Source: Promethearchaeota archaeon | GTDB taxonomy: Archaea > Asgardarchaeota > Lokiarchaeia > Sigyniarchaeales > SOKP01 | Length of the DNA: 64,000 nucleotides | Direction: 5' to 3' | Assembly: GCA_019058445.1 (NCBI GenBank) | Contig: JAHPZA010000010.1 | Span: forward strand, 416,001-480,000 | In this document: in pieces, positions 29,244-39,181 of the stretch | Position numbering within the stretch: position 1 is the stretch's first letter | Layout: each line of letters starts with the position of its first letter | The notes under the pieces: generated by a model | Database searches by the model: none | What the model was told of the DNA's origin: nothing | The model's input: only the letters and a program-made list of their open reading frames with translations | Translations under genes and position numbers: made by a program

Positions 29244-32200
29244 ATGACAAGTGAAGCTCTTACATACGAGGATCTATCTAACGAAGCTATTCTTGAGATG
29301 TTCCAAAATTCAATATTGAAGAATGTTAAAAAAAAATATCAAAGTAACATTAGAAATGGTAAGGCATTAAAATCAAATTATCTTGAAATTGAAAGTGACC
29401 CTGAGCCTTATACTAGGCGTAAAATTGAACCTATCTTGAATAGATTTCTTCCCAATATAGATTTCAATGCAGAAGTCCATAAAATTACAAGTTTAGGTAA
29501 TTTAAGGAAGCCAGATGGTTTTATTAAATCAAAAGATAAAAAGATAAATAAAAATATCTTGATCGAATGGGAACCTTTTAATGAAGATTTAAGAGTTAAA
29601 AAAGATCATGGAATAAATCAAGCCAAAACGTGGATATCTGACATAAATATAGGACAAAATAACGATGCATTAGTAACAAATGGGAGAGATTGGATATTAA
29701 TTACAACCCAAATGATAGAAAATGAAATTAGAGTTATAGAGCAAGATTTTTCTGTTAAAGAAGCTCTTAAATTTATGGAGGATATCTACAACGGGAAAAA
29801 AATACCTAAAAATAATCTTGAGGAAAGAATTGATATAACTGAAAAGTTCTATAACTGGTATGTCGCATTAATTCATGGAGGAGAATATATCGATAAAGAA
29901 AATAAAAAAAAATATATTTCAAAGGAGAATTGTTTATTAAATAATATAAAAAATACCTCAAATAAGCGGGAAAAAGAAGATTTTATTAGACTTATCTTTA
30001 CAAGACTAATTTTTATAAGAATTCTTAATGAATATGGGATAATTAAAGAAGATATACTTAACTATCTGAAAAATACTGAGCCTGAAGATTTTTATAATCG
30101 GATTAATCAACTTTTTTTTGAAACTTTAAATACTCCTATAAAAGAAAGGGAAAATATTCCAGATGTTTATGAGCAAATTCCCTTTTTAAATGGAGATTTA
30201 TTTAGACAGAAATCAATTGATAGTAAAGGTTTAAAAATTGAAAGAGAGTCATATATCGATGCTATCCAATTTTTAAGAACCTTTAATTTTATGAAAGAAT
30301 TCGAGAATTTAGAAAAAAACTATAAAATTGACAATACCATTAATCCAGAGATTTTAGGACATATTTTAGAAAAAACTATTAAGGATAGGAAACAAAGTGG
30401 AGTGTACTATACTCCACAGTTTATAACCGAGTATATGGCTCAAAATATTATTGAAGAATACTTATTTAAGAAGTTAATAGAATTTTTAAAAGAAAGTAAG
30501 GACTCACAATGGAAATATATTGAATGCTTTAAAGATTTTTATGATCTTAACACTATAATCCTAAGAAAGTTTTATGATGAACATATAAAAGACATTAAAA
30601 TATGCGATCCTGCTGTTGGTTCAGGAGCATTTCTCTTAAGTTGTGGGAATGTTCTTTTCAAAATAAGAAGAAAAATCCATGGAATAATAGGAGTTCATGA
30701 AAATGACTATATGATTAAAAAAGAGATAATTCAGAATAATCTATATGGTGTTGATATCAAGGAACCAGCAGTAGATATTTGTAAATTAAGATTATGGTTA
30801 TGGATTATTGAAAAACATAAGCCAGAACCATTGCCAAATATAGATTTCAATATTAGAAAAGGAAATACACTTATTGGTTACACTAATACTCAAACACTAA
30901 AAATTGATACGAGTGATATTAGTTCGTGGGAGAAAAAAGCTAACTTAATGGATATTTTTTTAGAGAGAAATCAATTAATAAAAAATTATTACTATACAGA
31001 AAATCCTACATCCCAAAAGGCTTTAAAAAGGGATATTGATGAAATTACGACAATATTTTATAATAAAATTAACGAGAATCTTGCAAATGAATTGAAGAGG
31101 GAAAAAGTTAGTATAAATTCAAGGAAGCTTTCTGATTTAAACGCTTTTCATTGGATTATGGAATATTCTGAAGTATTTGAAAAGAATAATGGTTTTGATA
31201 TCATAATCGGAAATCCTCCCTATTTTAGAATCACTTTTGCCCCAAAAATCGAGCAAAAAATTGTTGGAAAAATGGGTATTTTAAAAAATTTTCATCATGG
31301 TCAAGGTGATATTTATTATGATTTCATTGTACGTTGTTATGATTTGCTAGCTGAAGGAGGATATTTTATTTTTATAACTTCAAGGTATTGGTTAGAATCA
31401 GCTTATGCAAATTATTTAAAGAAATTCATTAAAAAAAAAATAAAATTAACAAAAATTATTGATTTTAGAGAAAGTCTAATCTTTGAAGGAGTTGATATCC
31501 ATAATACTATTTTATCCTATATAAAACAAAAACCTGAAAAAGATAATTATCCCTTAGATGTTTACTTTTTAAAAGAAGATTTTTTTGAAAAAACAAGAAG
31601 CCCTTATCTTAAAGATTATTTAGAAAAAGTAGGAAAATATGAACTAAATAATTGGAGATTAGATGAAAATTGGGCTTTTGTCCCAAAAAAACATAAAGAT
31701 TTGTTTATGAAAATTAAAAGTATTAAAACAAAATTAGGTGATGATTACAATTGCAATCAATATTCAAATTGCTTTAGAAAAAGGTTAAAAAAATTATTAA
31801 TTTTTGAAGAGAAACCAAAAGAAGTAGCTATGAAATATTTAAGGAAATATCAGAGAATGGGAGAAGTAAATAAATTTTCGGTATCAAAAGTTAAAGATAA
31901 ATTTGTTTTTGTCTCACATAACATTGAGAAAGCATTAAAGGATTATGAGTTGAATAAATTCTTTTTAGCTCATAATATTTCAAAAGAGGATATTATTGAA
32001 ATCAAAAAAGATAGTGACAAAAATATTGATAAATATAAAGAAATAATTTTTATTGGTTATCGAATTCCACGAATAATTTATAGCTTTACGTATGATAATG
32101 AAAATACATATATTGATAATACATATTTTATAACAAGAAAAAAGCCTACATCTTTTTCTTTAAAATATGTTATTGCAGTTTTGAATTCGGAATTAATGAG

Positions 32201-32501
32201 ATATTATATTGATCATGTAGGTAAAAAAAAGGATTTTGAAATTGAAATAGGGGCTAATTTTATTAATAGTTTGCCTTTAATTAATAAAAGGGGATCTTTA
32301 ACTAAGGAAGATTTGAGCAGAATTGAAGAACTTGAATTATTAATTTCAAAAATCATAAAATTTGAGCAAAGTAACAAAAATATTGATGAATTAATTGAAA
32401 GATTAAATAATCATGTATACAATTTATATCGAATTACAGGAGAAGAGCAGAAATTAATAAAAACCTATCTAAATAAGATTCATTCAATATTATATAAATA
32501 A
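29244..32501 (+). CDS. Fused type IIG restriction-modification enzyme (Eco57I-like, m6A)
   Basis: N-terminal KPDG...LIEWE and TNG..W; GVYYTP; ICDPAVGSGAFL; FDIIIGNPPY; C-terminal LNS..M..Y and VY.LY.IT.EE. Confidence 0.9.
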   Translation: MTSEALTYEDLSNEAILEMFQNSILKNVKKKYQSNIRNGKALKSNYLEIESDPEPYTRRKIEPILNRFLPNIDFNAEVHKITSLGNLRKPDGFIKSKDKKINKNILIEWEPFNEDLRVKKDHGINQAKTWISDINIGQNNDALVTNGRDWILITTQMIENEIRVIEQDFSVKEALKFMEDIYNGKKIPKNNLEERIDITEKFYNWYVALIHGGEYIDKENKKKYISKENCLLNNIKNTSNKREKEDFIRLIFTRLIFIRILNEYGIIKEDILNYLKNTEPEDFYNRINQLFFETLNTPIKERENIPDVYEQIPFLNGDLFRQKSIDSKGLKIERESYIDAIQFLRTFNFMKEFENLEKNYKIDNTINPEILGHILEKTIKDRKQSGVYYTPQFITEYMAQNIIEEYLFKKLIEFLKESKDSQWKYIECFKDFYDLNTIILRKFYDEHIKDIKICDPAVGSGAFLLSCGNVLFKIRRKIHGIIGVHENDYMIKKEIIQNNLYGVDIKEPAVDICKLRLWLWIIEKHKPEPLPNIDFNIRKGNTLIGYTNTQTLKIDTSDISSWEKKANLMDIFLERNQLIKNYYYTENPTSQKALKRDIDEITTIFYNKINENLANELKREKVSINSRKLSDLNAFHWIMEYSEVFEKNNGFDIIIGNPPYFRITFAPKIEQKIVGKMGILKNFHHGQGDIYYDFIVRCYDLLAEGGYFIFITSRYWLESAYANYLKKFIKKKIKLTKIIDFRESLIFEGVDIHNTILSYIKQKPEKDNYPLDVYFLKEDFFEKTRSPYLKDYLEKVGKYELNNWRLDENWAFVPKKHKDLFMKIKSIKTKLGDDYNCNQYSNCFRKRLKKLLIFEEKPKEVAMKYLRKYQRMGEVNKFSVSKVKDKFVFVSHNIEKALKDYELNKFFLAHNISKEDIIEIKKDSDKNIDKYKEIIFIGYRIPRIIYSFTYDNENTYIDNTYFITRKKPTSFSLKYVIAVLNSELMRYYIDHVGKKKDFEIEIGANFINSLPLINKRGSLTKEDLSRIEELELLISKIIKFEQSNKNIDELIERLNNHVYNLYRITGEEQKLIKTYLNKIHSILYK

Positions 32502-32695
32502 AATCGAATTTTTGATCCTTTTATCTCATACCCATAAATATCATATTAGGAATTGGTCTTTTTTTGTTCAGATAATAACGCTATCTAAATGAATAATTCA
32601 TCAGTCTCTTAATTAATTAATTTTATTAATCTAATTAAAAATCTAACACTAAATATAAATATAAGATTTCTTGAAGCTTAAATTTTAAGGAATTC

Positions 32696-33922
32696 TTGAT
32701 TTTAATGATGAACAATGTCAAAATGGAAAAGAAAACCTACACAACATCGATGCTCATAAAAGATATTAAAAATGAAATCACAAAATTAATTTCTTTAAAA
32801 AATCTATACAATGGAATACTATCAAATGAAAAATTAAGCGTAATTTTAGGTCAATCAAAAACTCATGTAGAGACTATTAAGAGATCAGTAAAATTAAATC
32901 CAAAATATCAAATTGCAAATTATTTCATTGAGGGCTATAAAACAAATTTACAAAATCAATTCGGTAATAAAAGTAAGGAAGTAATAGAATATATTAATAA
33001 ATATCAGAATTTAAATAAGCTTAAATGGAAGAATATGGATAACAATGTTTTAAAATATCATCCTAATTTAAAATTGGATTATTTTAAATCAATTGATTCC
33101 AAAGAAAAAGCTTATTGGTTAGGATGGATATTTGCTGAAGGTTATTTTTCTTATGATTCTAAAAATAATTCAATAGTATTTGGAGTAGAAATTAGTAGAA
33201 ATGATATAATTCTAATAGAAAGATTTACGCATGATATTGGATATAATCTTGAACATAAGTATAAAAGATCTGAAAGCAATACAATTGCTATTTATACAAG
33301 AGGTAAGAAATTTGTCCAAAATTTAATAGATCAATTCACGACTAATTTAAAACTAAAAAAGCCTGATGTTATAGGAAACCAAAAATCAAAAGGAATAATT
33401 TTACCTGAATTTGGCAATCGAGAACTGAATTTAGCCTTCCTTCTTGGATTTTATGATGGAGATGGGATTCAAGGCGAAACAGCAATTACTTGTGGAAGTA
33501 AAAAGTTTTTGGAGGGGATAAAGAAAAAATATAATTTAGTCCATCAAATAAGATATTATAAATCGAAATCAATATTGAATGATAGATTAATTGAAGGTTC
33601 AGGTTGGCGATTGAGTTTAGGTGCAAAGTTATTCAATGAAATGATGTATAATTATAGGAGAAGTTTACCTCGAAAGCGAAAATTATTCGAATTAAAAGAG
33701 GAGAAGGCAATTAGATTAGCCAATTATGCAATAAGCCGAAAAAAATTTAAGTTTACTAAATTGCAATTAGAAAAATTAGTATGGGAAATGCCATTGAATA
33801 AAATTGCAGAACTACATAATATTCAGTTTAAGATTCAAATATCAGAATCCCTAATTGGTAAATATTGTAAAAAGTGGAATATTCAAAAGCCAAATCGAGG
33901 ATATTGGAGAACAGTAAAATAA
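32696..33922 (+). CDS. Free-standing double-motif LAGLIDADG endonuclease-like protein with C-terminal HTH
   Basis: KAYWLGWIFAEG and AFLLGFYDGDG motifs; C-terminal LEKLVWEMPL.KIA...IS...I.K.CKKWNI.KP.RGYW. Confidence 0.8.
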   Translation: MILMMNNVKMEKKTYTTSMLIKDIKNEITKLISLKNLYNGILSNEKLSVILGQSKTHVETIKRSVKLNPKYQIANYFIEGYKTNLQNQFGNKSKEVIEYINKYQNLNKLKWKNMDNNVLKYHPNLKLDYFKSIDSKEKAYWLGWIFAEGYFSYDSKNNSIVFGVEISRNDIILIERFTHDIGYNLEHKYKRSESNTIAIYTRGKKFVQNLIDQFTTNLKLKKPDVIGNQKSKGIILPEFGNRELNLAFLLGFYDGDGIQGETAITCGSKKFLEGIKKKYNLVHQIRYYKSKSILNDRLIEGSGWRLSLGAKLFNEMMYNYRRSLPRKRKLFELKEEKAIRLANYAISRKKFKFTKLQLEKLVWEMPLNKIAELHNIQFKIQISESLIGKYCKKWNIQKPNRGYWRTVK

Positions 33923-34013
33923 ATTAATTAAAATTTATTAAAAATGATTGATCTTCTTTTTTAACCGAGATTGATTTCTTTTGTAAAGTTAGTTTTTAAT
34001 TATAAGATAATCT

Positions 34014-34265
34014 TGGAATGATATCTATTCTTATCAAACAAGAACGAGATCAAAGGAATACTTTGGATATCCCACTTAAAAACCAATAGAACTTCTTGAA
34101 CGAATAGTATTAGCCTCTTCAAATGAAAGAGATATTGTTGCAGATTTTTTTTGTGGAACAGGAACTACACTGCTGGCAGCAAAAAAACATAATAGAATTT
34201 GGATTGGAACTGATAATAATCCTAATGCTATTGATCTATGTCGAAAAAGACTTGGATTATCTTGA
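34014..34265 (+). pseudogene. N6/N4 DNA methyltransferase, 3' remnant with nonsense codon
   Basis: WNDI...GYPT-stop-KPIELLERIVLASSNERDIVADFFCGTGTT; TAA at 34077-34079 replaces Gln of YPTQKP; 5' part absent. Confidence 0.88.
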
Positions 34266-34350
34266 TAAAACAATTAATCTCTAATAATTAAATGCATTTC
34301 ACAATTCAACAATTTAAGTTAAAATGATTTATTTGAAAGGTGTGATTTAA

Positions 34351-34701
34351 TTGGGAGGAAAATATGCATTATTTGCCTTTAATGGTGATCCGATGTGTTT
34401 TATTCATGTTATTTTAAACGCATTGGATATGAACAGTAAAGGACACGATATTAAAGTCATAGTCGAAGGTTCCGCATGCAAGTTAGCAAGTGAATTTGAA
34501 AATCAGACGAATCCTTTTTACAAAAAATATCAGGAATTAAAAGAAAAGGGATTACTCGATTGTTTTTGTAAAGCTTGTAGTAATAAAATGGGTTCATTAG
34601 AACAGGTAGAAGAAATTGGGTTTTCTACCTGTGATGAAATGATGGGACACCCAAGCATGGCTAAATATATTGACCAAGGTTATATAATAATTACTTTTTA
34701 A
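34351..34701 (+). CDS. DsrE-like small protein
   Basis: F.GDPMCFIHV.LNALD, EG.A, CKACS, GHPSM..Y...GY.IITF. Confidence 0.75.
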   Translation: MGGKYALFAFNGDPMCFIHVILNALDMNSKGHDIKVIVEGSACKLASEFENQTNPFYKKYQELKEKGLLDCFCKACSNKMGSLEQVEEIGFSTCDEMMGHPSMAKYIDQGYIIITF

Positions 34702-34751
34702 TGAGTAAAGTTCAGTAAATTTTTATTAAGGTTATTCCAAAAAATTTTTTT

Positions 34752-35129
34752 TTATTCCTTTTGGATAATGATTTTTTCAATTCCTACCCATTTTTTTGCC
34801 TCATCTAAACTTTCAACTATTTTACGTTTTTCTGATCGTGCTTTTTCTAATAAAATTTCTGCTTCTGTATTTAACACAGGGCTTTTTCCTATAACATAAG
34901 CAGCTTTAATTAGCTTTTGATTGATACTTTTTAAAAAATCCAAGATAATTGAAAAGGATTTTAAATTAAGTATGATTAAATCAACACCATCGACAATTGA
35001 AGAAATACTTGCTAAATTTTCAGTTTTCTCTTTAAAATCTTTCACTAATTTTTTGGCCACTGACGGAGGCATGGTTCCAAGTGCTTTAATATAAAAAACA
35101 TTTTCCCCTATTTTTTCAATTTTATACAT
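34752..35129 (-). CDS. STAS/SpoIIAA-like hypothetical protein
   Basis: Alpha/beta pattern ending ESLDEAKKWV. Confidence 0.5.
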   Translation of the reverse strand: MYKIEKIGENVFYIKALGTMPPSVAKKLVKDFKEKTENLASISSIVDGVDLIILNLKSFSIILDFLKSINQKLIKAAYVIGKSPVLNTEAEILLEKARSEKRKIVESLDEAKKWVGIEKIIIQKE

Positions 35130-35201
35130 ATCATTTAATATTGAATTGTAATATTCTTAATATTATATTTTGAAAATATGATATATTATTTTTTCCTTTA
35201 A

Positions 35202-37199
35202 TTGATAAACCATATTGAAATCATGAGAATTAATAGGAGTACAAAATTAAATCTAATCAATTCGAGATTCGGTTCAAGGCTCACATTAAATCTAAATTTC
35301 TCAGAACATTCAATTGAAACGGGCAATTTAGGGATTGACCTTTCTAATGAGAAAAAGATTAGATATTCTCATCAATTTTTACAGCAATTAAGATTCTTTG
35401 TTAAATCCGGCAGTTCCGAACATGAAGGATTTTATTTTTCGAAATTGAATTCATATCTCGCAAGTCAAGAACTATTTTTAGGGTTAACATATATTATATT
35501 AAAAGGAATTCATTCTTCAGAGTTAGAAATTAAATTTACGATTCACAGTCCGTTAGCTATTTCTCAACAGTTAGAAAATGATGAAGATATTAAGATCTTG
35601 CATTCTCCATTTTTCTATATTGATATTGAAATAAAGAACATTTCCAATATTAACCAAGACATCTCCACATTTATAGGATTTGATATGGAGGGCCAATTAA
35701 TTAATAAAAATCTAATTCTTGATGATAAAGGAAATAGCATCCTTGGAAAAGGAGAAAAAAAGTTTATTTTAAAAAATCTACAACCAGAACAAGAAAAATA
35801 TCATATTGATGAGGAGGGAATATTTAGAGGGTATTTAACTACACTACAAATAGAACCAGGGGAAAATTTTAAATTAGGATATATTTATGCAGGTTTTACA
35901 GATGAGTTTGTGTTTTTAAATAAATTCAAGTTAAAAAAGCCATATAAATTAAAATTTTATTATACTAAATTCTTTTCCAGCTTAGATGAGGTAATAGAAT
36001 ATGCTGTGATAAAACGCAATGAGATTTTAGAAAAATCGGATGCGTTTGAACATCTTCTTACTTCCTATGAGGCTCCACCAGAAAAAAAATTCTTAATAGC
36101 AATTGCTTTTAGGACATTTTTAGCAAATACTTGGCTTTTAATATCTGAAATGGGAACAGTTGAGTATTACGTGTGGGAAGGAAATTTTGGAATGAATTCT
36201 TCTGTCGATGTTGCGATGGAAGTAGAACTACTCGCAAAGATTTTTCCTTGGACCTTAATGCTTCAACTAAAAGAATGGAAGAAGTATATTACAATAAACA
36301 AAGTGAATGGACTGTTTTATTTGATGCATGATATGGGTTTGGATCAAGAAGTTGGATATTCTTATTACGAGAACTCTTCAAGTTCAATATATAACAGAAC
36401 TTCTGAATTAAAACCTTTGGCAGTAGAAAACAATGCGAATTTTGCGATTTTATTATATTGGTATTATTTTTTAACTAAAGATAAGGAACTATTAGAAGAT
36501 CTATATCCTTCGGCTTTAAAACTATTAATTGCAAATATAAAAAAGGGATTTAGAAAAAGAGGAATTGCAAATATAGATACAACAACTACCTATAATGCCT
36601 CCGAGTCACTATATAATTCTCCTTTAAATAATTATTTAGGCTTAAAAGAATGTATTTCCTATATCATGTGCCGTGAGTTAAGTAAAATATTAGGCCTAAG
36701 AAAGGATAGCGAACTTTTACAAAAAGAGGCTGAAAAAATATTAGATACTTTAGAATATGCAAAGGATAGATATGGTTATATTCCCGTTTCATTGGATACA
36801 AATTATCCTGGTTGGGATAAAAAGACAATTGCTACAGCTGATCCCTTATTTTATCCCGCCATGACCGGTTTAGAAGACCCGATAATTAATAAAATTATTA
36901 GCATTTTAACTAAAGATTTTGATGATGTTTACCATTTGAATAATACTGGTATCTACGGTATTAGATTAGTAGAAAATGAGAAAATTACATGGTTTTCTAA
37001 AATCGCAATAATTGATGCCGTTTGTAGTATGCTTTTTAAAAGCAAGAAGGATTCTTGGAAATATGCATATGAGTGGAATTTTAATAACCCAATGGCATAC
37101 GTTGATGGAGCATTTTCGAATACCGTAGAGTGGTATGGAAAAAATTATCCAAGAGGGATTTCACTAATGTGGGAAATTATCTACAATTATAAAAAATAG
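35202..37199 (+). CDS. Glycoside hydrolase, GH52/DUF4965-like
   Basis: F.ANTWLL, WEG....NSSVDV, HDMG, VENNANF, DTTTTY, TW.SK. Confidence 0.6.
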   Translation: MINHIEIMRINRSTKLNLINSRFGSRLTLNLNFSEHSIETGNLGIDLSNEKKIRYSHQFLQQLRFFVKSGSSEHEGFYFSKLNSYLASQELFLGLTYIILKGIHSSELEIKFTIHSPLAISQQLENDEDIKILHSPFFYIDIEIKNISNINQDISTFIGFDMEGQLINKNLILDDKGNSILGKGEKKFILKNLQPEQEKYHIDEEGIFRGYLTTLQIEPGENFKLGYIYAGFTDEFVFLNKFKLKKPYKLKFYYTKFFSSLDEVIEYAVIKRNEILEKSDAFEHLLTSYEAPPEKKFLIAIAFRTFLANTWLLISEMGTVEYYVWEGNFGMNSSVDVAMEVELLAKIFPWTLMLQLKEWKKYITINKVNGLFYLMHDMGLDQEVGYSYYENSSSSIYNRTSELKPLAVENNANFAILLYWYYFLTKDKELLEDLYPSALKLLIANIKKGFRKRGIANIDTTTTYNASESLYNSPLNNYLGLKECISYIMCRELSKILGLRKDSELLQKEAEKILDTLEYAKDRYGYIPVSLDTNYPGWDKKTIATADPLFYPAMTGLEDPIINKIISILTKDFDDVYHLNNTGIYGIRLVENEKITWFSKIAIIDAVCSMLFKSKKDSWKYAYEWNFNNPMAYVDGAFSNTVEWYGKNYPRGISLMWEIIYNYKK

Positions 37200-37211
37200 A
37201 TGGCAAAATAA

Positions 37212-37314
37212 TGGGAACGGCCGGATTTGAACCGACGACCAAATGACTACGACTCATCTCTATGAGCCGCTCAAGTCTGGAGCCTGCCGCGATACCGGGC
37301 TTCGCCACGTTCCC
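37212..37314 (-). tRNA. tRNA-Trp(CCA) with 29-nt intron at position 42/43 (intron 37243-37271)
   Basis: Acceptor GGGAACG/CGTTCCC-A, D-stem GCGA/TCGC, loop CT-CCA-GA, T-arm GTCGG-TTCAAAT-CCGGC; strict BHB; splicing restores GCAGG/CTTGT stem and gives a 74-nt tRNA. Confidence 0.93.
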
Positions 37315-37449
37315 ATGGCATTTTGAAATTGTAATTATTCGTTTATATCCTAATAAAATCCAACATACTATTTGAGTTTAATTGAATATAAAGTGTGAGA
37401 AGGAGTTAAAAAATTTAAAAACAATAGAATATGAAAATTAAATTATATA

Positions 37450-38073
37450 ATGCCATTGAGTAGGTTAAAATTAAAAAGAATTAGTGAATATAATCTCAGA
37501 ACAATAACAATTATACAAATAGTTATAGCAACGATAATTAGCCTTCTTTTTCAATTTGTTTTTCCGCTTAATTGGCAACCATTTGATCGTGCTCTCCATG
37601 GTCCAAATGTTCAACACGGTGACCCAGGAACTAGTGTTGTTCTTTCTACATTAAGCCAATGGTTTTTTTCATTTGCTATAGCATGGCTTATCTATCGAGA
37701 TAATCCATACATCAATAATTTTTTAATATATTCCCTTGTACCCTTACTTAGTGTCTTAATAATGGATATATTTTTAATGTTATTCTGGGATTATATCCAC
37801 TTTACGCCATTGGTAATAGATTTCTATATATTGCTTAAAAAAAGAGAGACACTTTTTCAAAAATGGTTTCCTTATTATCTTGTATTTCTCAGTACCTGGT
37901 ATTGTATTGTATACTTTCTACGTTTAACATACCTCGATCTACCCTTAAATTTATTCATAGCTAATTGGATTGCTATGGGATTGATTGGATTTGGTATATC
38001 TTGTATATTTGAGGATTCAATTTTAAAATCTTATCTTGAAAAGAGAAAACACGCGAATCAAGAAGGAAATTAG
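37450..38073 (+). CDS. Multi-pass membrane protein
   Basis: Six or more hydrophobic segments. Confidence 0.65.
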   Translation: MPLSRLKLKRISEYNLRTITIIQIVIATIISLLFQFVFPLNWQPFDRALHGPNVQHGDPGTSVVLSTLSQWFFSFAIAWLIYRDNPYINNFLIYSLVPLLSVLIMDIFLMLFWDYIHFTPLVIDFYILLKKRETLFQKWFPYYLVFLSTWYCIVYFLRLTYLDLPLNLFIANWIAMGLIGFGISCIFEDSILKSYLEKRKHANQEGN

Positions 38074-38198
38074 CAGAATCTATAATTTCTAATTTATTAG
38101 TAATAGAAGAAAAATTTATTATTTCAAATTAACAAATTATGGTTAAAAAACAACCCAACACTAAATATAAAAAAAATTAGCAAGCTTAGTTTCTTTAT

Positions 38199-38690
38199 TT
38201 AATCTATTTTCCCACCACAAAAAGGACAAATTTCTAAAATTTCTTCTGCACTCTTTAATTTTGCGCCACAAGTAGGACAAAAATTTGGTTTTTCTGGTAA
38301 ACGCATTCCTTTTTGAATTATTTGATACTCAACAGGTTGTTTCTCAACTTCAAGAGCGGGAAATTTATGACCACAATTATTGCATATTGTAATGTCACTT
38401 TTTACGAATTTGTTACATGTTGGACACTTTTTAATTAATTTCAATCCGCAATTTTTACAATATTCACTGTAAATACTTACAGGAGCGTTACAGCGTGAAC
38501 ATATTTTTTTTGGAGTCCAAAAATGTTCAGACATAGCTTGAAATGCTACTACCACTAAAAAGGACAAAGGAATAAAAATAATCCAAAACCAAACAAAAAA
38601 GAACGCCCCGATTAAAGAAAATATCATGAATAAGATAATTATCAAAATCCATAAGCTAATTGCTGTTTTCCTTTTGAGATTTTTAGACAT
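38199..38690 (-). CDS. Membrane-anchored multi zinc-ribbon protein
   Basis: Two TM helices then six CxxC motifs (three ribbons). Confidence 0.8.
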   Translation of the reverse strand: MSKNLKRKTAISLWILIIILFMIFSLIGAFFFVWFWIIFIPLSFLVVVAFQAMSEHFWTPKKICSRCNAPVSIYSEYCKNCGLKLIKKCPTCNKFVKSDITICNNCGHKFPALEVEKQPVEYQIIQKGMRLPEKPNFCPTCGAKLKSAEEILEICPFCGGKID

Positions 38691-38831
38691 AATATTTAAG
38701 TATCTTAATTAGGTTTTATCCAATTTAATTATTTAATAGTATAAATTACACTCTGATTTAATTTTTTTTGGATAAGAATACATCATATTGTTGTAGTGGA
38801 ATTACAATAAGAAATCTTCTAAAATATAAAT

Positions 38832-38999
38832 TTAATCCAGTGGTTTGATTAAAGTGCCGCAGTATGGACAATTTTTAATGTTCTCATTAATTTTTTGACC
38901 ACAAGCAAAACAAATAAGAGTTTTATCTCCAAATTGAATTCTCTCTTCTTCTTCAGGTTGAGATTTATCTCCTTTATGCAGATCCTTTTTATGTGCCAT
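38832..38999 (-). CDS. 55-aa zinc-ribbon microprotein (below ORF-track cutoff)
   Basis: MAHKKDLHKGDKSQPEEEERIQFGDKTLICFACGQKINENIKNCPYCGTLIKPLD; GTGATG SD-like upstream. Confidence 0.75.
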   Translation of the reverse strand: MAHKKDLHKGDKSQPEEEERIQFGDKTLICFACGQKINENIKNCPYCGTLIKPLD

Positions 39000-39181
39000 T
39001 TAGTCATCACACTGTTCTTTTGTAAAAGATTTAAGTTCTACTAGATAATTATTTAGATATTCTAATAAAGTAAATATAGACCAATTTTTAAAAAAACCAA
39101 AATTTAAGTTGTTAAAATGATTTTAAACTAATAAGAAAATAAACTAATAAATGAAATTAAGTATAAAATTGGTGATAAAAT

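Noticed and set aside
32696-33922. Intein or group I/archaeal intron host for the LAGLIDADG ORF
   Set aside because: No splice-junction Cys/His-Asn motifs and no flanking rRNA, tRNA or split host gene
27420-37212. Island integrated at the tRNA-Trp 3' end
   Set aside because: No duplicated tRNA 3' fragment or integrase was found at the left side of the islet
37212-37314. tRNA-Sec, suggested by the long extra arm and the selD gene in the window
   Set aside because: The anticodon is CCA, the acceptor stem is 7 bp, and the extra sequence is a clean BHB intron
4519-39048. Loose AGTTCT-N3-AG motif in intergenic DNA (4519, 13419, 39034), a possible TrmB site
   Set aside because: Too degenerate to separate from chance in AT-rich DNA without statistics
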